From an uncultured Clostridia bacterium (GTDB lineage: Bacteria > Bacillota > Clostridia > TANB77 > CAG-508): a DNA stretch of 64,000 bases. The stretch spans positions 21,763 to 85,762 of the forward strand of contig CAJFRV010000007.1 of the NCBI GenBank assembly GCA_904419495.1, written 5' to 3'. Positions 29,850 to 41,619 of the stretch are shown in pieces. Positions within the stretch are counted from its first letter, which is position 1. Every line of letters starts with the position of its first letter. The notes below the pieces were generated by a model, which ran no database searches, was not told the DNA's origin, and saw only the letters and a list, made by a program, of their open reading frames with translations. A program made the position numbers and the translations under genes.

Positions 29850-30640
29850 GCAATTTTTAAATCATAAAAATTTTTAAAAACATAGCCCTGTTCTTTTAGA
29901 TACTTGATAGAATCCTTTAAAACAAGATGAGTATCATTAACATCAGAAGTATCATGCATTAAAATGACTAGAGTACCTTTATTTTTTGAAGAATCTTTTA
30001 AATTATTTAATAATTCTACATTACTATATTTTTTTTCAGAATCTTTATTCAAAGTATTCCAATCTATATAGGTATAACCTATAGAAGGAAGCAATTTAAC
30101 ATATTCTTTTTTTCTAGATTTGTAACTTGAAGCCATATATCCATTTGGAAATCGAAAAATATAGGAATGGTAATTTTCTATGCCAATTGCTTTACTAATT
30201 TCTATATCAGTAGATAAAATTTCATTGATAAAACTATCAGCATTTGTATATAGTTTATCATTGTTATGAGTATAACTGTGATTTGCAATATAGTGTCCTT
30301 CGTCATATGCACGTTTAACAAGTTCGGGATATTCTTTAACATGTTTTCCAATAACAAAAAAAGTTGCTTTTACATTTTCTTCAGATAATATGTCAAGAAT
30401 TTTAGGTGTAGATTTTAAAGTAGGACCATCATCAAATGTTAAATAGGCAATTTTTTCTTTTTGATTGAAAAGATTAGATATTTTATCTTGAAAGATTGTT
30501 TTTTCAAATTCATCTGTAGATAAGGCGAAAGAATTTGAAGAAATAAAATAAATATAGCCATTGCAAATGAATATAGAGAAAATTACCAATATAAGTAATA
30601 CAAGTATAATATATTTTTTATGAATGATAACAAATTTCAT
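29843..30640 (-). CDS. Polysaccharide deacetylase (CE4/NodB family)
   Basis: YLTFDDGP, ATFFVIG, NHSYTH, FRFPNG, ILMHD; N-terminal TM helix. Confidence 0.92.
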   Translation of the reverse strand: MKFVIIHKKYIILVLLILVIFSIFICNGYIYFISSNSFALSTDEFEKTIFQDKISNLFNQKEKIAYLTFDDGPTLKSTPKILDILSEENVKATFFVIGKHVKEYPELVKRAYDEGHYIANHSYTHNNDKLYTNADSFINEILSTDIEISKAIGIENYHSYIFRFPNGYMASSYKSRKKEYVKLLPSIGYTYIDWNTLNKDSEKKYSNVELLNNLKDSSKNKGTLVILMHDTSDVNDTHLVLKDSIKYLKEQGYVFKNFYDLKIAK

Positions 30641-30653
30641 AGATTTTCCTTAA

Positions 30654-32042
30654 TTATCTTAATAAATTAAACCAAGTAGAAAATACTTTGGTACTCATAG
30701 TTGCTATATCCATCTTATTAACAGAAACTTGTGAAACCAAATTAACGGTGCTAAGTACTTCGCCATCTAAAGAAAAAGAAATTTCACCTACTTTTTGGCC
30801 GTTAGAAATAGGAGCAGAAATATTTTCATCAATAGTCACAGTTTGTTCTATATTCTTTTCACTACCTTTAGCTAATAATATACCGGCATCATTTTCTAAT
30901 ACAACAGGAATTGTAGCTTGAACACCTTTATCAATACTAACTGTTTGGATTAAATCTCCTATTTTTCCAAAACTTTGATAAGAAAAATTATTGAATCCAT
31001 AATCTAATAACTTTTGAGCTTCAGCAAATCTAACCTTTGTGGAAGGTGCTTTCATAATAACTGCAATTAAAGATAAGCCATCACGTGTAGCACTAGCAGA
31101 TAAATTGTATAAAGCAAGAGACGTAGAACCAGTTTTTAACCCAGTAGCACCATTATAATTTTTGATTAATTTGTTTGTATTAGAAAGTTGTGTTTCGCCA
31201 TTTCTTAATGTATCCATCCAAATTGTTGTATAGTTTGTAATTTCAGGATATTTATTTAATAATTCTCTAGACATAATGGCAATATCATAACTAGAAGATA
31301 CATGACCATCTTCATCTAAACCATGACAATTTTTAAAAGTTGTATCACTCATTCCAAGCTCATAGGCTTTGTCGTTCATCATTTGAACAAAAGCCTCTTC
31401 TGAACCAGCAATATATTCGGCCATTGCGACAACGCAGTCATTTGCAGAATTCACACAAATTGCTTTTAGCATTTCATCAACTGTTAAAGTTTCTTTAGTA
31501 TCTAACCATATTTGTGAACCACCCATAGAAGCAGCATTTTCACTACAAGGTACAGAATCGGTTAAAGCTATTTTTCCAGAATCAATTGCTTCCATAATCA
31601 ATAAAATACTCATAACCTTTGTAACAGAAGCAGGTCTCAATTGCTCATGAATATTATGTGCATATAAGACTCTACCAGAAGATTGCTCAATTAAGATTCC
31701 AGATGCAGATTCTAAATTCAAAGAATTATCATCTGTAACTTCACTAGTAGCATTTGTTAGCAAAGAGCTTTCATCATCAGAAACATTATTGGAACTTGGA
31801 ACAGTATTAGAATTAGAATTTACATCTGTAGTATTATTAGAAGTTGTATTTGTAGTAGTATTCATACTATTAGAATTTGTGTTAGAAGGGCGTATATTAT
31901 CATCTAAAATATTTAGTGTATTGGCATTACTAGACCAAACATACAAAGAATCATCTGAAGCAAATACAAAAGAAGAATAAGAAATGAAAATGCAAAATAT
32001 AAGAAGAATACTAAAGAAATGCTTAATATTTGTTTTATTCAT
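30654..32042 (-). CDS. dacF: D-alanyl-D-alanine carboxypeptidase (peptidase S11, DacF-like)
   Basis: PASVTK, SAND, GLKTG; MGGSQIWL and TTIWMDTLR typical of DacF; signal peptide and N/S/T-rich linker. Confidence 0.85.
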   Translation of the reverse strand: MNKTNIKHFFSILLIFCIFISYSSFVFASDDSLYVWSSNANTLNILDDNIRPSNTNSNSMNTTTNTTSNNTTDVNSNSNTVPSSNNVSDDESSLLTNATSEVTDDNSLNLESASGILIEQSSGRVLYAHNIHEQLRPASVTKVMSILLIMEAIDSGKIALTDSVPCSENAASMGGSQIWLDTKETLTVDEMLKAICVNSANDCVVAMAEYIAGSEEAFVQMMNDKAYELGMSDTTFKNCHGLDEDGHVSSSYDIAIMSRELLNKYPEITNYTTIWMDTLRNGETQLSNTNKLIKNYNGATGLKTGSTSLALYNLSASATRDGLSLIAVIMKAPSTKVRFAEAQKLLDYGFNNFSYQSFGKIGDLIQTVSIDKGVQATIPVVLENDAGILLAKGSEKNIEQTVTIDENISAPISNGQKVGEISFSLDGEVLSTVNLVSQVSVNKMDIATMSTKVFSTWFNLLR

Positions 32043-32236
32043 ATATTTATAACCTCCAAAGTAGCAGATAACTGCCAGAAATATAGTGAAAATATTTTAT
32101 TTAAATATATGATAGAAAAAATAAAAAAGAACTGATAAAGAAAGTAAAACTTGAAAACAACTGATTTTTTCCTCCTTTTTTTCTTGACAACAAATAGGAA
32201 TAAAGATAAGATAAAAGAAATAAGGAGGAGAAAAAT

Positions 32237-32962
32237 ATGCCAACATGGGCAATACACTTAGCAACATCAAAAAAAGTGAGTGAAAAAATTTGTATAGATA
32301 AAAATATATTTGCATTTGGCAATTTGTTACCAGATATACCAAATAGATATGTTATAAAAGGTATAGAGCATTATATATCACATGCCAGAACACATTTTGA
32401 GACAGAAATATTAGTGGTAGAGCATATAGAAAAAAGATATGACTTAAAAAACTTTGCACAAAAATACAAAGATAAGTTTTCTAATCCATTAATGCTAGGC
32501 TATTACGTCCATTTATTAACAGATTACTATTGGAATGATAAGACATATGGTGAGCATGGAATATACGATGAAGAAAAAAATAGAATAGGCCTAATATTAA
32601 ATAACCAAGAAAAAGTTTTATGCAGTAAGGAAAAAGCAAGACAAATAAAGGCACAAGATTTTAAGATTTTTTCAGAATATATTTATGAAAATAAATTGGC
32701 AGGTAAATTAGAATATGATAACAAAATAGAGACATATTTAAAAGAAATCGATTGGATAAAACTAAATAAAGAAGAAATTCAAAAGACAATCGAATATGTG
32801 ATGGATAAATATACAGGAAAAAGCAAAGTACTACAAAAAGACGAAGATAGAGAATATAAAATTTATAGTGAAAAAGAGATGATATTATCAATAGAAGAAT
32901 CTGTTAACTTCATCCTCAAAATGATACATAAACATGCTCCATATTTATTAAATAAAACATAA
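32237..32962 (+). CDS. Zinc-dependent phospholipase C-like protein
   Basis: MPTWAIH, GNLLPD, THF, LGYYVHLLTDYYW metal-binding pattern. Confidence 0.65.
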   Translation: MPTWAIHLATSKKVSEKICIDKNIFAFGNLLPDIPNRYVIKGIEHYISHARTHFETEILVVEHIEKRYDLKNFAQKYKDKFSNPLMLGYYVHLLTDYYWNDKTYGEHGIYDEEKNRIGLILNNQEKVLCSKEKARQIKAQDFKIFSEYIYENKLAGKLEYDNKIETYLKEIDWIKLNKEEIQKTIEYVMDKYTGKSKVLQKDEDREYKIYSEKEMILSIEESVNFILKMIHKHAPYLLNKT

Positions 32963-32979
32963 AGATAGGAGTTAAAGAC

Positions 32980-33664
32980 ATGATACATATATTATTAGTA
33001 GAAGATGACCCTAATATATCAAATACGATTTCATATTATTTACAAGCAAACGGATTTACAATTCAAACAACTAAAACAGTAAAAGAGGGGATTGAGAAGA
33101 TTAAGAATAATAATTATGAGTTAATGCTATTAGACATCAATTTGCCAGATGGCACAGGATATGAACTATATAAAAAAATGAGAGATATACAAAAAATTCC
33201 AACAATATTTTTAACAGCATTAGATGAAGAAAAAGATATTGTAAAAGGATTTGATTTAGGAGCAGATGATTATATAACAAAACCATTTCATGCTGGCGAA
33301 TTGCTATCAAGAATCAAAAATGTGCTAAGACATACATCATCATCTAAAGAAAAATTAGAAGATAAAATAAAAATCCAAAATGTAGAATTAAATTATACTA
33401 CACGGAAAAGTAAAAAAGAATGACAAAGAAATAGAACTAACAGCATTAGAATATAAAATCTTGGTTATGCTATTTGAGAATAAAGGCAAAATGATAACAA
33501 GAGAGCAGATATTATCCTATATTTGGGATAATGAAGAAAATTTTGTAAATGACAATACATTAACAGTGTATATAAAAAGAATTAGAGAAAAAATAGAAGA
33601 CAATCCCACTAAACCAGAGATCATAAAAACAGTTAGAGGTTTGGGATATAAAATTGAACAATAG
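32980..33664 (+). CDS. OmpR-family response regulator (split by +1 shift at CGG 33403)
   Basis: Receiver domain (VEDD, LDINLPD, GADDYITKPF) in ORF1 and winged helix (NTLTVYIKRIREKIE, KTVRGLGY) in ORF2. Removing one base gives a 227-aa protein. Confidence 0.9.
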
Positions 33665-33711
33665 CTATGTACTAGATTGACGTTTTAAGAACAAATTAAA
33701 AAAGGAGAGAT

Positions 33712-34929
33712 ATGAACACAAAGCAAAAAAGAAAATTAAGTATCTATATAGGTATCATATTAATAGCTACTATATTGCTAATTATATTTACTATCTATTA
33801 TATACAAAAAAATTATAGAGAAAGTTTATATTTATATACCAATAAAGTAATTTCAGAAATAACAAAAGAACATCCAGAACAAGAAGAAAAGATTATAGAA
33901 GAAGTATTTTTAAATAATTCTATAGAAGAGGAGAATATAGAGGATATATTAAGTAAATATGGATTTAATGAAGAAAATATTGATATAGTAAATGATAATT
34001 TTAAAAGTATTGATAAACTTATTTTTATGTTTTCATTAATTTTCATTATAGGTATTTTAGGAATTATTGGATTATATACAATTTATATTAGAAAACAAAA
34101 TCAAAAGCTGAAAAAATTAGATGACTATTGTAAAGAAATCTTAAAAGGGAATTATCTTTTAGATTTAAAAGAACAAGATGAAAGTGATTTTAGTAAATTA
34201 AAAAATGACATATATGACATGACAATTATGCTAAAGGAAAAGAACAGTTTATTAGAAAAAAATAATAAAGATATAGAAAAATTAATTGCTGATATCTCTC
34301 ATCAATTAAAAACTCCACTCACATCTCTGAATTTAATTAATGATATTTTATATACAGATTTACCAGAAGAAAAGAAAAAAGAATTTTTAGATAGCAGTCA
34401 AAAAGAATTAGAAAAAATTAATTGGCTAATAAAAACGGTATTAAATATAGCCAAATTAGACTCGAAAACACTGATTTTAGACAAAAAGAATGAAAACGCA
34501 TATCATTTATGCTTAGAAGTGAAAAACAACTTTAAAGCTATGTGTGAGATAAATCAAGCGGATATAGAAATTATATCTAATAAAAACGAAACCATTAATT
34601 GTGATAAAAAATGGACAATAGAAGCTATGAATAATATTGTAAAAAATGCAATCGAACATGGAGCAAAAACAATAACTATAAAACTAGAAGAAAATACGAT
34701 GTATACAAAAATTACAATAAGAGACAATGGGGAAGGAATTGACAAAGAAGATTTGGGACATATTTTTGATAGATTTTATAAAGCTAAAAATAGCAAAGAA
34801 AATAGTTTAGGTATTGGACTTGCTTTTTGTAAAAGTATTATTAGAAACCAAGATGGAGATATCCGTGTAAAAAGTTCTAAAAAGGAAGAAGATAGTTGGA
34901 CAGAATTCATGATAAAATTATATAAATAA
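33712..34929 (+). CDS. Sensor histidine kinase
   Basis: Two TM helices, DISHQLKTPL H-box, NIVKNAIEH, DNGEGI, GIGLA. Confidence 0.94.
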   Translation: MNTKQKRKLSIYIGIILIATILLIIFTIYYIQKNYRESLYLYTNKVISEITKEHPEQEEKIIEEVFLNNSIEEENIEDILSKYGFNEENIDIVNDNFKSIDKLIFMFSLIFIIGILGIIGLYTIYIRKQNQKLKKLDDYCKEILKGNYLLDLKEQDESDFSKLKNDIYDMTIMLKEKNSLLEKNNKDIEKLIADISHQLKTPLTSLNLINDILYTDLPEEKKKEFLDSSQKELEKINWLIKTVLNIAKLDSKTLILDKKNENAYHLCLEVKNNFKAMCEINQADIEIISNKNETINCDKKWTIEAMNNIVKNAIEHGAKTITIKLEENTMYTKITIRDNGEGIDKEDLGHIFDRFYKAKNSKENSLGIGLAFCKSIIRNQDGDIRVKSSKKEEDSWTEFMIKLYK

Positions 34930-34959
34930 AAGAAAAATAAAGAATTATTGAGGAAAAAA

Positions 34960-35334
34960 ATGAAAAAATATAAAATCATATATATTGTATTAATCTTAAT
35001 ATGTATTGTCATGATATTAACAAAAGGAATTACAGTTGGAACAACAATTAAGGAAGTTGGAAGTCAAGAAATTGCAAATATTGATGGAGACTATGGATAT
35101 ATAGACATATTAATTTTTAATATTGGCATTTTACTAGCAATCCTTATAGTTAGTGTATATGTCACTTTTAATAAGAAGAACATTATAAAACTTAAATATG
35201 TTATTTTACTATGTGTTTTTATATTGTTGTTATGGATTCCAATTGGAATGCAACATAATATGGGTGGAAGTCAAATAACATTAGGAAGAGAAACTTATAT
35301 ATCATTGATAAATATGTATTTATTTTTTAGATAA
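34960..35334 (+). CDS. Small hypothetical membrane protein
   Basis: Three hydrophobic segments; ATG 34960 follows GAGG. Confidence 0.55.
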   Translation: MKKYKIIYIVLILICIVMILTKGITVGTTIKEVGSQEIANIDGDYGYIDILIFNIGILLAILIVSVYVTFNKKNIIKLKYVILLCVFILLLWIPIGMQHNMGGSQITLGRETYISLINMYLFFR

Positions 35335-35562
35335 TGTAGACATGTATTATTTGTAAAAAATAAAATTAGAAATAAAAAATAGAAAAAATTAAATAAGTCA
35401 TTTTAGAGTCACTTTTATGTAGTAATATAATACTAACAATAAAAGTGACATTTTTAATACGTTTCTTTCTAGGTCCTAAATACGCATATAATAAAGGATA
35501 AAACGTATAGAAAAATAATTAGCAAAATTACAGTCATTTAAACACAAGAAAGGAGAATCTTT

Positions 35563-36243
35563 ATGGAGATATTAAAAGTCGAGAATTTAAGTAAAAAATA
35601 TGGCAAAAAGGATACAGAAGTTGTTGCATTAGACAATGTATCTTTTAGTGTAAACAAAGGAGAATTTGTAGCCATTGTAGGTGCATCTGGAAGTGGAAAA
35701 TCCACATTGCTACATCTAATTGGAGGTGTAGATAAACCAACAAGTGGAAAAGTATATATCAATGGAACAGACATTTATTCTTTAAATAATGATAACTTAG
35801 CAATTTTTAGAAGAAGACAAGTGGGGTTAATTTATCAATTCTATAATTTAATTCCTATTTTAAATGTAAAGGAAAATATTACATTACCATGTGATTTAGA
35901 TGGACAAAAAGTAGATGAAAAAAGATTAAAAGAATTGTTATATATTTTAGGTTTAGAAAAAAGAGTAAATCATTTACCAAATGAGTTATCAGGTGGACAG
36001 CAACAGAGAGTTTCTATCGGAAGAGCTATGATTAATACTCCAAGTATTGTCTTAGCAGATGAACCAACAGGAAATTTGGACAGTAAAGCTTCAAGAGAGA
36101 TTATTGATTTATTAAAAGTATCTAATCAGAAATATAATCAAACAATAATTGTCATTACACATGATGAAAATATAGCCTTAGAAGCAGATAGAATTATTAT
36201 GATACAAGATGGAAAATTGATTAGTGATGAGAAAGTAAAGTAA
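35563..36243 (+). CDS. ABC transporter ATP-binding protein (LolD/MacB-like)
   Basis: GASGSGKST, LSGGQQQRV, LADEPTGNLD, ITHD. Confidence 0.96.
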   Translation: MEILKVENLSKKYGKKDTEVVALDNVSFSVNKGEFVAIVGASGSGKSTLLHLIGGVDKPTSGKVYINGTDIYSLNNDNLAIFRRRQVGLIYQFYNLIPILNVKENITLPCDLDGQKVDEKRLKELLYILGLEKRVNHLPNELSGGQQQRVSIGRAMINTPSIVLADEPTGNLDSKASREIIDLLKVSNQKYNQTIIVITHDENIALEADRIIMIQDGKLISDEKVK

Positions 36244-36298
36244 AGAGATGCTTGAAAAATAATTACAACATATACTTGAGAAGGGAATGAGATAAAAG

Positions 36299-38890
36299 AT
36301 GAAAATTTTAAATACATTGACACTGAAAAATCTAAAGTTAAATAGAAAAAGAACGATTGTAACCATTATTGGAATTTCTCTTTCTGTTGCCTTAATATGT
36401 GCAATCACTACATTTGCTGTTAGCTTTCAAAATTCCATGATTGAAAGGGAAACTAAGACAAATGGGAATTATCATATCCATGTGCAAAATGTATCAAAAG
36501 AAAACAAAAAATACTTAGAAAATAATGCAAAGATAGAAAAATTAGAAATATCACAAGAAATAGGGTATGCAGTTTTGGATGATTCTAAAAATGAGAATAA
36601 ACCATATGCCTATATTGAAGGATATGATGATGCACTTTTACAAAATGGAGGAATTATTTTAATAGAAGGAAGATTGCCAGAAAATGAGAATGAAATTGTC
36701 ATACCAGAACATGTTATCCAAAATGGAAAAATAAACTTAGATGTTGGTGAAACAATAGAACTTAATATTGGTAATCGATACAAAGGGGAATATATCTTAA
36801 ATCAATCAAATCCATATTACACAGAACAAGATAGGTTAGATAGAAAAGAAAGTGGAATTGAAGATGATTTAGAACAAGAAAATTTTGTTGGTAATATGAA
36901 AAGAACATATACCATTGTGGGAATTATGGAAAGGTTAAATAGTGAAAGCTATTCTGCTCCGGGTTATACCATGATAACAAAATTAGAGCAGATTGATGAA
37001 ACGAAAAATATAAATGCATCTATCGTATTAAAAGATCCAGCAGAAACATATAATTTTGAAAAATATTTAAAAAATGATTTAAAAATTAATGAAACTAATA
37101 TTTCAGAAAATGAACAATTGTTATACTATATAGGAGTTTTCAAAAGTAGCAGAGTAGAAAACTTTGTTATAACTATATTAGCAATAGTAATTGCTATTAT
37201 TGTTTTTACATCTGCTTTTGTTATCAAAAATAGTTTTAATATATCCCTTACTGAGAAAACAAGAGAATTAGGAATGATTGCAAGTGTAGGAGCAACAACA
37301 AAACAAATTAGAAAAAGTATCTTTTTTGAAGGTGCTATACTAGGAATTATTTCTATACCATTAGGAATTATACTAGGAATTGTAGCAATTGGTATTGTGT
37401 TAGCAATTGTAAATGGAATTATTCATTCAGGAAGTAGTCCATTAATTGATAATTTTGAATTACACTTAACAATATCAGTTTTTGCAATTATAATAGCTGT
37501 TATCATATCTGTTATTATGATTATTATTTCTTTAATAAAACCAAGTTATCGAGCAGGAAAAATTTCACCAATTGATGCTATAAGAGAAAGTTCAGATATA
37601 AAAGTGAAAAAAAATAAACATAAAAATAAGCCGTATACATTAACAAAAAAACTATTTGGAATAGAAGGTGTCATTGCCAGAAAGAATTTCAGAAGGAGTA
37701 AGAAAAAGTATAGAACAACCATATTTTCTATATTTTTAAGCATTGTTTTATTTATCTCTATGAATGCATTTGCAGAAAGTGTATTTGGAATATCTTCGTT
37801 AAAATATCAAGATTCTAGAATTAATTTAACCGTATATACTGGCTATGACAAGGAAGAAACAGAAAAAGAGAACTATTTTAACCAGATTAAAAACTTGGAG
37901 GGGATTAAAGAATATGCTATCTTAAAAAATGCACACGTCTATATCGACAACCAAAAATTATTTACTGAAAAAGCACTTGACTATTATTCAGAAATGAATT
38001 CTTTAATCATATATTCAATTGGAGATGAAGCCTATAAAAATTATGTAAAAGAATTAGGACTGAATTATGATGATGTAAAAGACGAAGCCATTTTATGTGA
38101 TACCAGACTTTTATATGAATACGAAGATGGAAAAGATGGAGTAAAAAGGGTAGAAACAAATTTATTAAATTTAAATGCAGGTGATACACTAGAATATTAT
38201 AACACGATGGATGAAGAAGGAAATTTATTAGAAAAAGGAAATATTAAAATTGCTAAAAGAGCTGATAAATATCCATTAGGATCATTATTTAGTAATGATA
38301 CAAATCCTATTATTATCATTTCTGATGAAATGATGCAAAATTTTGATAATAGTTTGGTTTCTATAAATATAAATGCAGAAGATCCATATAAAGTGCAAGA
38401 AGAAATTATCAAGATAGATAAGACTAATAAAGATAATATTTATAATGTTGAAGAGGACGTAAGAGCAGCTAAAAATATGAATTTAATTGTATCTATATTT
38501 GTATATGGATTTATAGCCGTTATTTCTATTATTGGTGTAACCAACATATTTAATACGATAACAACTAATATGGCACTAAGAAACAGAGAATTTGCAATAT
38601 TAAAATCTATAGGTATGACCAATAAAGAATTTAAGAAGATGATTCATTATGAAAGTTTTATATATGGACTAAAAGCGCTTATATTTGGACTGCCAGTAGG
38701 AGTCGCATTATCTTATCTAATCTATACTGTTACAGCAGATGTCTATACAACAAGTTATGAACTTCCTATAATACCAATTTTCATTTCTATTATATTTGTA
38801 TTTGCTATTATCTTTATGACAATGCGATATGCTGTTAAGAAAACCAAAAATCAAAATATTATCGAAACAATTAGAAAGGAAAATATTTAA
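36299..38890 (+). CDS. FtsX-like ABC transporter permease
   Basis: Two repeats of TM + large extracellular loop + 3 TM, with RELGMIASVGAT and REFAILKSIGMT motifs. Confidence 0.9.
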   Translation: MKILNTLTLKNLKLNRKRTIVTIIGISLSVALICAITTFAVSFQNSMIERETKTNGNYHIHVQNVSKENKKYLENNAKIEKLEISQEIGYAVLDDSKNENKPYAYIEGYDDALLQNGGIILIEGRLPENENEIVIPEHVIQNGKINLDVGETIELNIGNRYKGEYILNQSNPYYTEQDRLDRKESGIEDDLEQENFVGNMKRTYTIVGIMERLNSESYSAPGYTMITKLEQIDETKNINASIVLKDPAETYNFEKYLKNDLKINETNISENEQLLYYIGVFKSSRVENFVITILAIVIAIIVFTSAFVIKNSFNISLTEKTRELGMIASVGATTKQIRKSIFFEGAILGIISIPLGIILGIVAIGIVLAIVNGIIHSGSSPLIDNFELHLTISVFAIIIAVIISVIMIIISLIKPSYRAGKISPIDAIRESSDIKVKKNKHKNKPYTLTKKLFGIEGVIARKNFRRSKKKYRTTIFSIFLSIVLFISMNAFAESVFGISSLKYQDSRINLTVYTGYDKEETEKENYFNQIKNLEGIKEYAILKNAHVYIDNQKLFTEKALDYYSEMNSLIIYSIGDEAYKNYVKELGLNYDDVKDEAILCDTRLLYEYEDGKDGVKRVETNLLNLNAGDTLEYYNTMDEEGNLLEKGNIKIAKRADKYPLGSLFSNDTNPIIIISDEMMQNFDNSLVSININAEDPYKVQEEIIKIDKTNKDNIYNVEEDVRAAKNMNLIVSIFVYGFIAVISIIGVTNIFNTITTNMALRNREFAILKSIGMTNKEFKKMIHYESFIYGLKALIFGLPVGVALSYLIYTVTADVYTTSYELPIIPIFISIIFVFAIIFMTMRYAVKKTKNQNIIETIRKENI

Positions 38891-38891
38891 A

Positions 38892-38940
38892 AATTAAGAT
38901 AACTCCAGTAATTAAAAAAAATACTGGAGTTATCTTAATT
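38892..38940. terminator. Bidirectional terminator
   Basis: Perfect 19-bp inverted repeat AATTAAGATAACTCCAGTA / TACTGGAGTTATCTTAATT between convergent genes. Confidence 0.75.
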
Positions 38941-38956
38941 TACTCGACATCAATGT

Positions 38957-39403
38957 TTAGTTTATTTTCACATACACATCGAAAAAGTCGCAGTCATAAT
39001 CAATGTATTCGTCTTGATATAGCCACTGACGACTTACACATTTTGAAAAGTCCAATTCAAAGTCATCGCCCATATCTGAAGTTGATATCCATCTATTAAT
39101 TTTCTTAGTAAAGCAATCATATCCACAAATATTATGGATTTCGTCTTCATATGGATAATGCAATTTTTTAAATACGCGAATAATACAATTTGCATCGCTT
39201 GGTGACACTCGTTCGACATTGAATCCCTTATCTGAAAGTTTTTGAAAAGCCATTTTCTGAAGCTCTTCAATGGTAGGAAAAATCATTTCTTTTCCGTCAT
39301 TGTCAATGGGAATCCCTTTCTTTTCATTAAAACATATCTTATAAAAAGATATATTCCGAACTTTTTCAGCTTCTTTCTTAGAAAGTATAATTTTTGCAAG
39401 CAT
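38957..39403 (-). CDS. Hypothetical protein
   Basis: 148-aa ORF with strong AGGAGG RBS; no family recognised. Confidence 0.6.
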   Translation of the reverse strand: MLAKIILSKKEAEKVRNISFYKICFNEKKGIPIDNDGKEMIFPTIEELQKMAFQKLSDKGFNVERVSPSDANCIIRVFKKLHYPYEDEIHNICGYDCFTKKINRWISTSDMGDDFELDFSKCVSRQWLYQDEYIDYDCDFFDVYVKIN

Positions 39404-39582
39404 AATGTCCTCCTATTAATGTGTATAATATTTATAATCATAAAACTAAAAAGCCAGAGCAATGTTTCTCTCTTACTAATTAGTAATATAAAGAAAATAA
39501 GTATATATATAATAAGACCATGTCTTATAACATGTAATAATATAACATGTTTTTAGAGAAAAGAAAATAGGAATAATAAAAT

Positions 39583-40341
39583 TTATGGCTCTTCAATTAA
39601 ATCCTGCCAATACTTCTTAGGCATGAATTGCATTTGACATCTAGTATTTTTTCTTTCTTGTATAGCAATAGTTTTAAAAAATAATTTCCAAAGTTCTTGA
39701 TATTTTTGTTCTTCTTCAGTAATATCAGGTATTTTTAAATTAGTGCTATCAATGATTTTGTATTCTTGTGAATTGTATAAAAAACAAATATTTCTATTTT
39801 TATCATGAATAATAAAGTTTTGTGTAGGTAGTCTTCTAATAAAATGATGTCCTAATGGTTCTATAATATTATTATCAGGGTGAATAGAAGCATAATATAG
39901 ATTTTCGCCAATTTCCATGAATCGAAGTAATCCTTTTAATTTATGACATTCTGATAAAGCTCTTTTTCTCATGTTAATAACAGAAAAAACATAAGAAATT
40001 GTAAGCATAGTATTGATTTTAGGACCAAGATCAAACCCATCACATAAATACTTTAAAATATTGATTTCTTTATTTTTACCATCTGATAAAAACGCATAAA
40101 AACTATTGTATAAAGCTTCATAACAAATGTTTTTATTGATACCATCAAATACTCTTTTTGACTTTTCATAATTGGTATCAATATACTGTGTTTTATCTAA
40201 AAAATTTTCTATATATTTTTCTTCTGGAACAATTTTTTGTGGTAGTGTTTTGTAAGAATAACTATCAAATACAATTGTTAATAAACCATCAAATGTACCA
40301 TCATATAAATAGGTCGTGTTTATAAGCTTCCAGTTAGACAT
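39583..40341 (-). CDS. Putative DNA metabolism protein (TIGR03915/DUF4130-like)
   Basis: YLYDGTFDGLLT N-terminus, HKLKGLLRF, C-terminal QFMPKKYW; paired with the upstream radical SAM gene. Confidence 0.85.
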   Translation of the reverse strand: MSNWKLINTTYLYDGTFDGLLTIVFDSYSYKTLPQKIVPEEKYIENFLDKTQYIDTNYEKSKRVFDGINKNICYEALYNSFYAFLSDGKNKEINILKYLCDGFDLGPKINTMLTISYVFSVINMRKRALSECHKLKGLLRFMEIGENLYYASIHPDNNIIEPLGHHFIRRLPTQNFIIHDKNRNICFLYNSQEYKIIDSTNLKIPDITEEEQKYQELWKLFFKTIAIQERKNTRCQMQFMPKKYWQDLIEEP

Positions 40342-41619
40342 TTTATTTTATCCTCCTTTGTAGGCAACAATGTATCAAACATTGATAATTGTTCATATTT
40401 CTTTTGTGGAATTGTATTTCTTTCTGCATATAATAAATTGGTTTCAATAAAATTCTTGTTAAATTTGTTGACTTCGTAAAAATATTTTCCTTTGCAAGTA
40501 ATAAAATATTGAGCTCTTTTTAAGACAACACCCAATTTTTTTAGACTTTCAAAATCTAGTAAGAATTCTCTTCTAGCAGTAATAATCTTTTTAGCACTAA
40601 TAACTCCAATACCGGGAATTCTTAATAAAGTAGAATAATCAGCTGTATTAATTTCTATTGGAAATTTGTCTAAATTTCTTAAAGCCCAATCACACTTAGG
40701 GTCTAATAAAGTGTTGAAATTGGGATGCTCTTCATTTAACAATTCGTCTGCTTGAAAGCCATAAAAGCGAAGCAGCCAATCTGCTTGATATAGTCGGTTT
40801 TCTCGTAAAAGTGGAGGCTTCTCTAAAGTAGGCAAGTTTTTATCATTATTAATAGAAACATAAGCAGAATAATAGACACGTTTTAATTTCAAAGATTTAT
40901 ACATTCCTTCAGAAAGTTTTAATATCTTTAGATCTGTTTCAGGTGTAGCACCAACCATTAATTGTGTGGTTTGACCTGCTGGGACAAATTTCTTTTTATA
41001 TTTAGATTTATCTATCTTATTGATTTTAATTGTATTTGAGATATATGTCATTGGTTTTAAAATACCATCCTTTTCTTTTTGAGGAGCTAGTAATTTCAAA
41101 CTATCATTTGAAGGAAGTTCTATATTAATACTTAATCTATCTACTAAAACACCTAAACTGTCAATTAATTCTTGACTACAACCGAGGAATTGTTTTGCAG
41201 TGTATATATCCATTAAAATGATATTCATTCCTTAAAATAGAAGTTGTTTCAATCAATCTTTCCATAGTGTAGTTAGGGGATTTGATAACTGCTGAACTTA
41301 AAAATAAACCTTCTATATAATTTCGTTTATAAAAATGAACAGTTAAATCTGCAACTTCACGTGGGGTAAAGGTAGCTCTAGATACAGAATTTGAAGAACG
41401 ATTAATACAATATTTACAATCATAGATACAGGCATTTGTAAATAAAATTTTTAAAAGAGAGATACATCTACCATCTGCACCCCAACTATGACAAATACCA
41501 GAAACATGACCATTTCCAATCCCATTGTTTGTATTTTTTCGATTACTTCCACTAGAACTGCAAGAAGCGTCATATTTAGCAGAATCAGCAAGTATTTTTA
41601 ATTTATCAAAAATTTCCAT
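40320..41619 (-). CDS. Putative DNA modification/repair radical SAM protein (TIGR03916-like; split by +1 shift at CGG 41184-41182)
   Basis: AKYDASCSSSG, GRCISLLK, CIYDCKYC in ORF1; RENRLYQADWLLRFYGF and HhH LLRIPGIG in ORF2. Joined length 432 aa. Confidence 0.88.

Noticed and set aside
31740..31900. Low-complexity N/S/T tracts in dacF (and the VanW gene at about 45190-45390) as repeat elements
   Set aside because: They are ordinary in-frame disordered linkers of secreted proteins.
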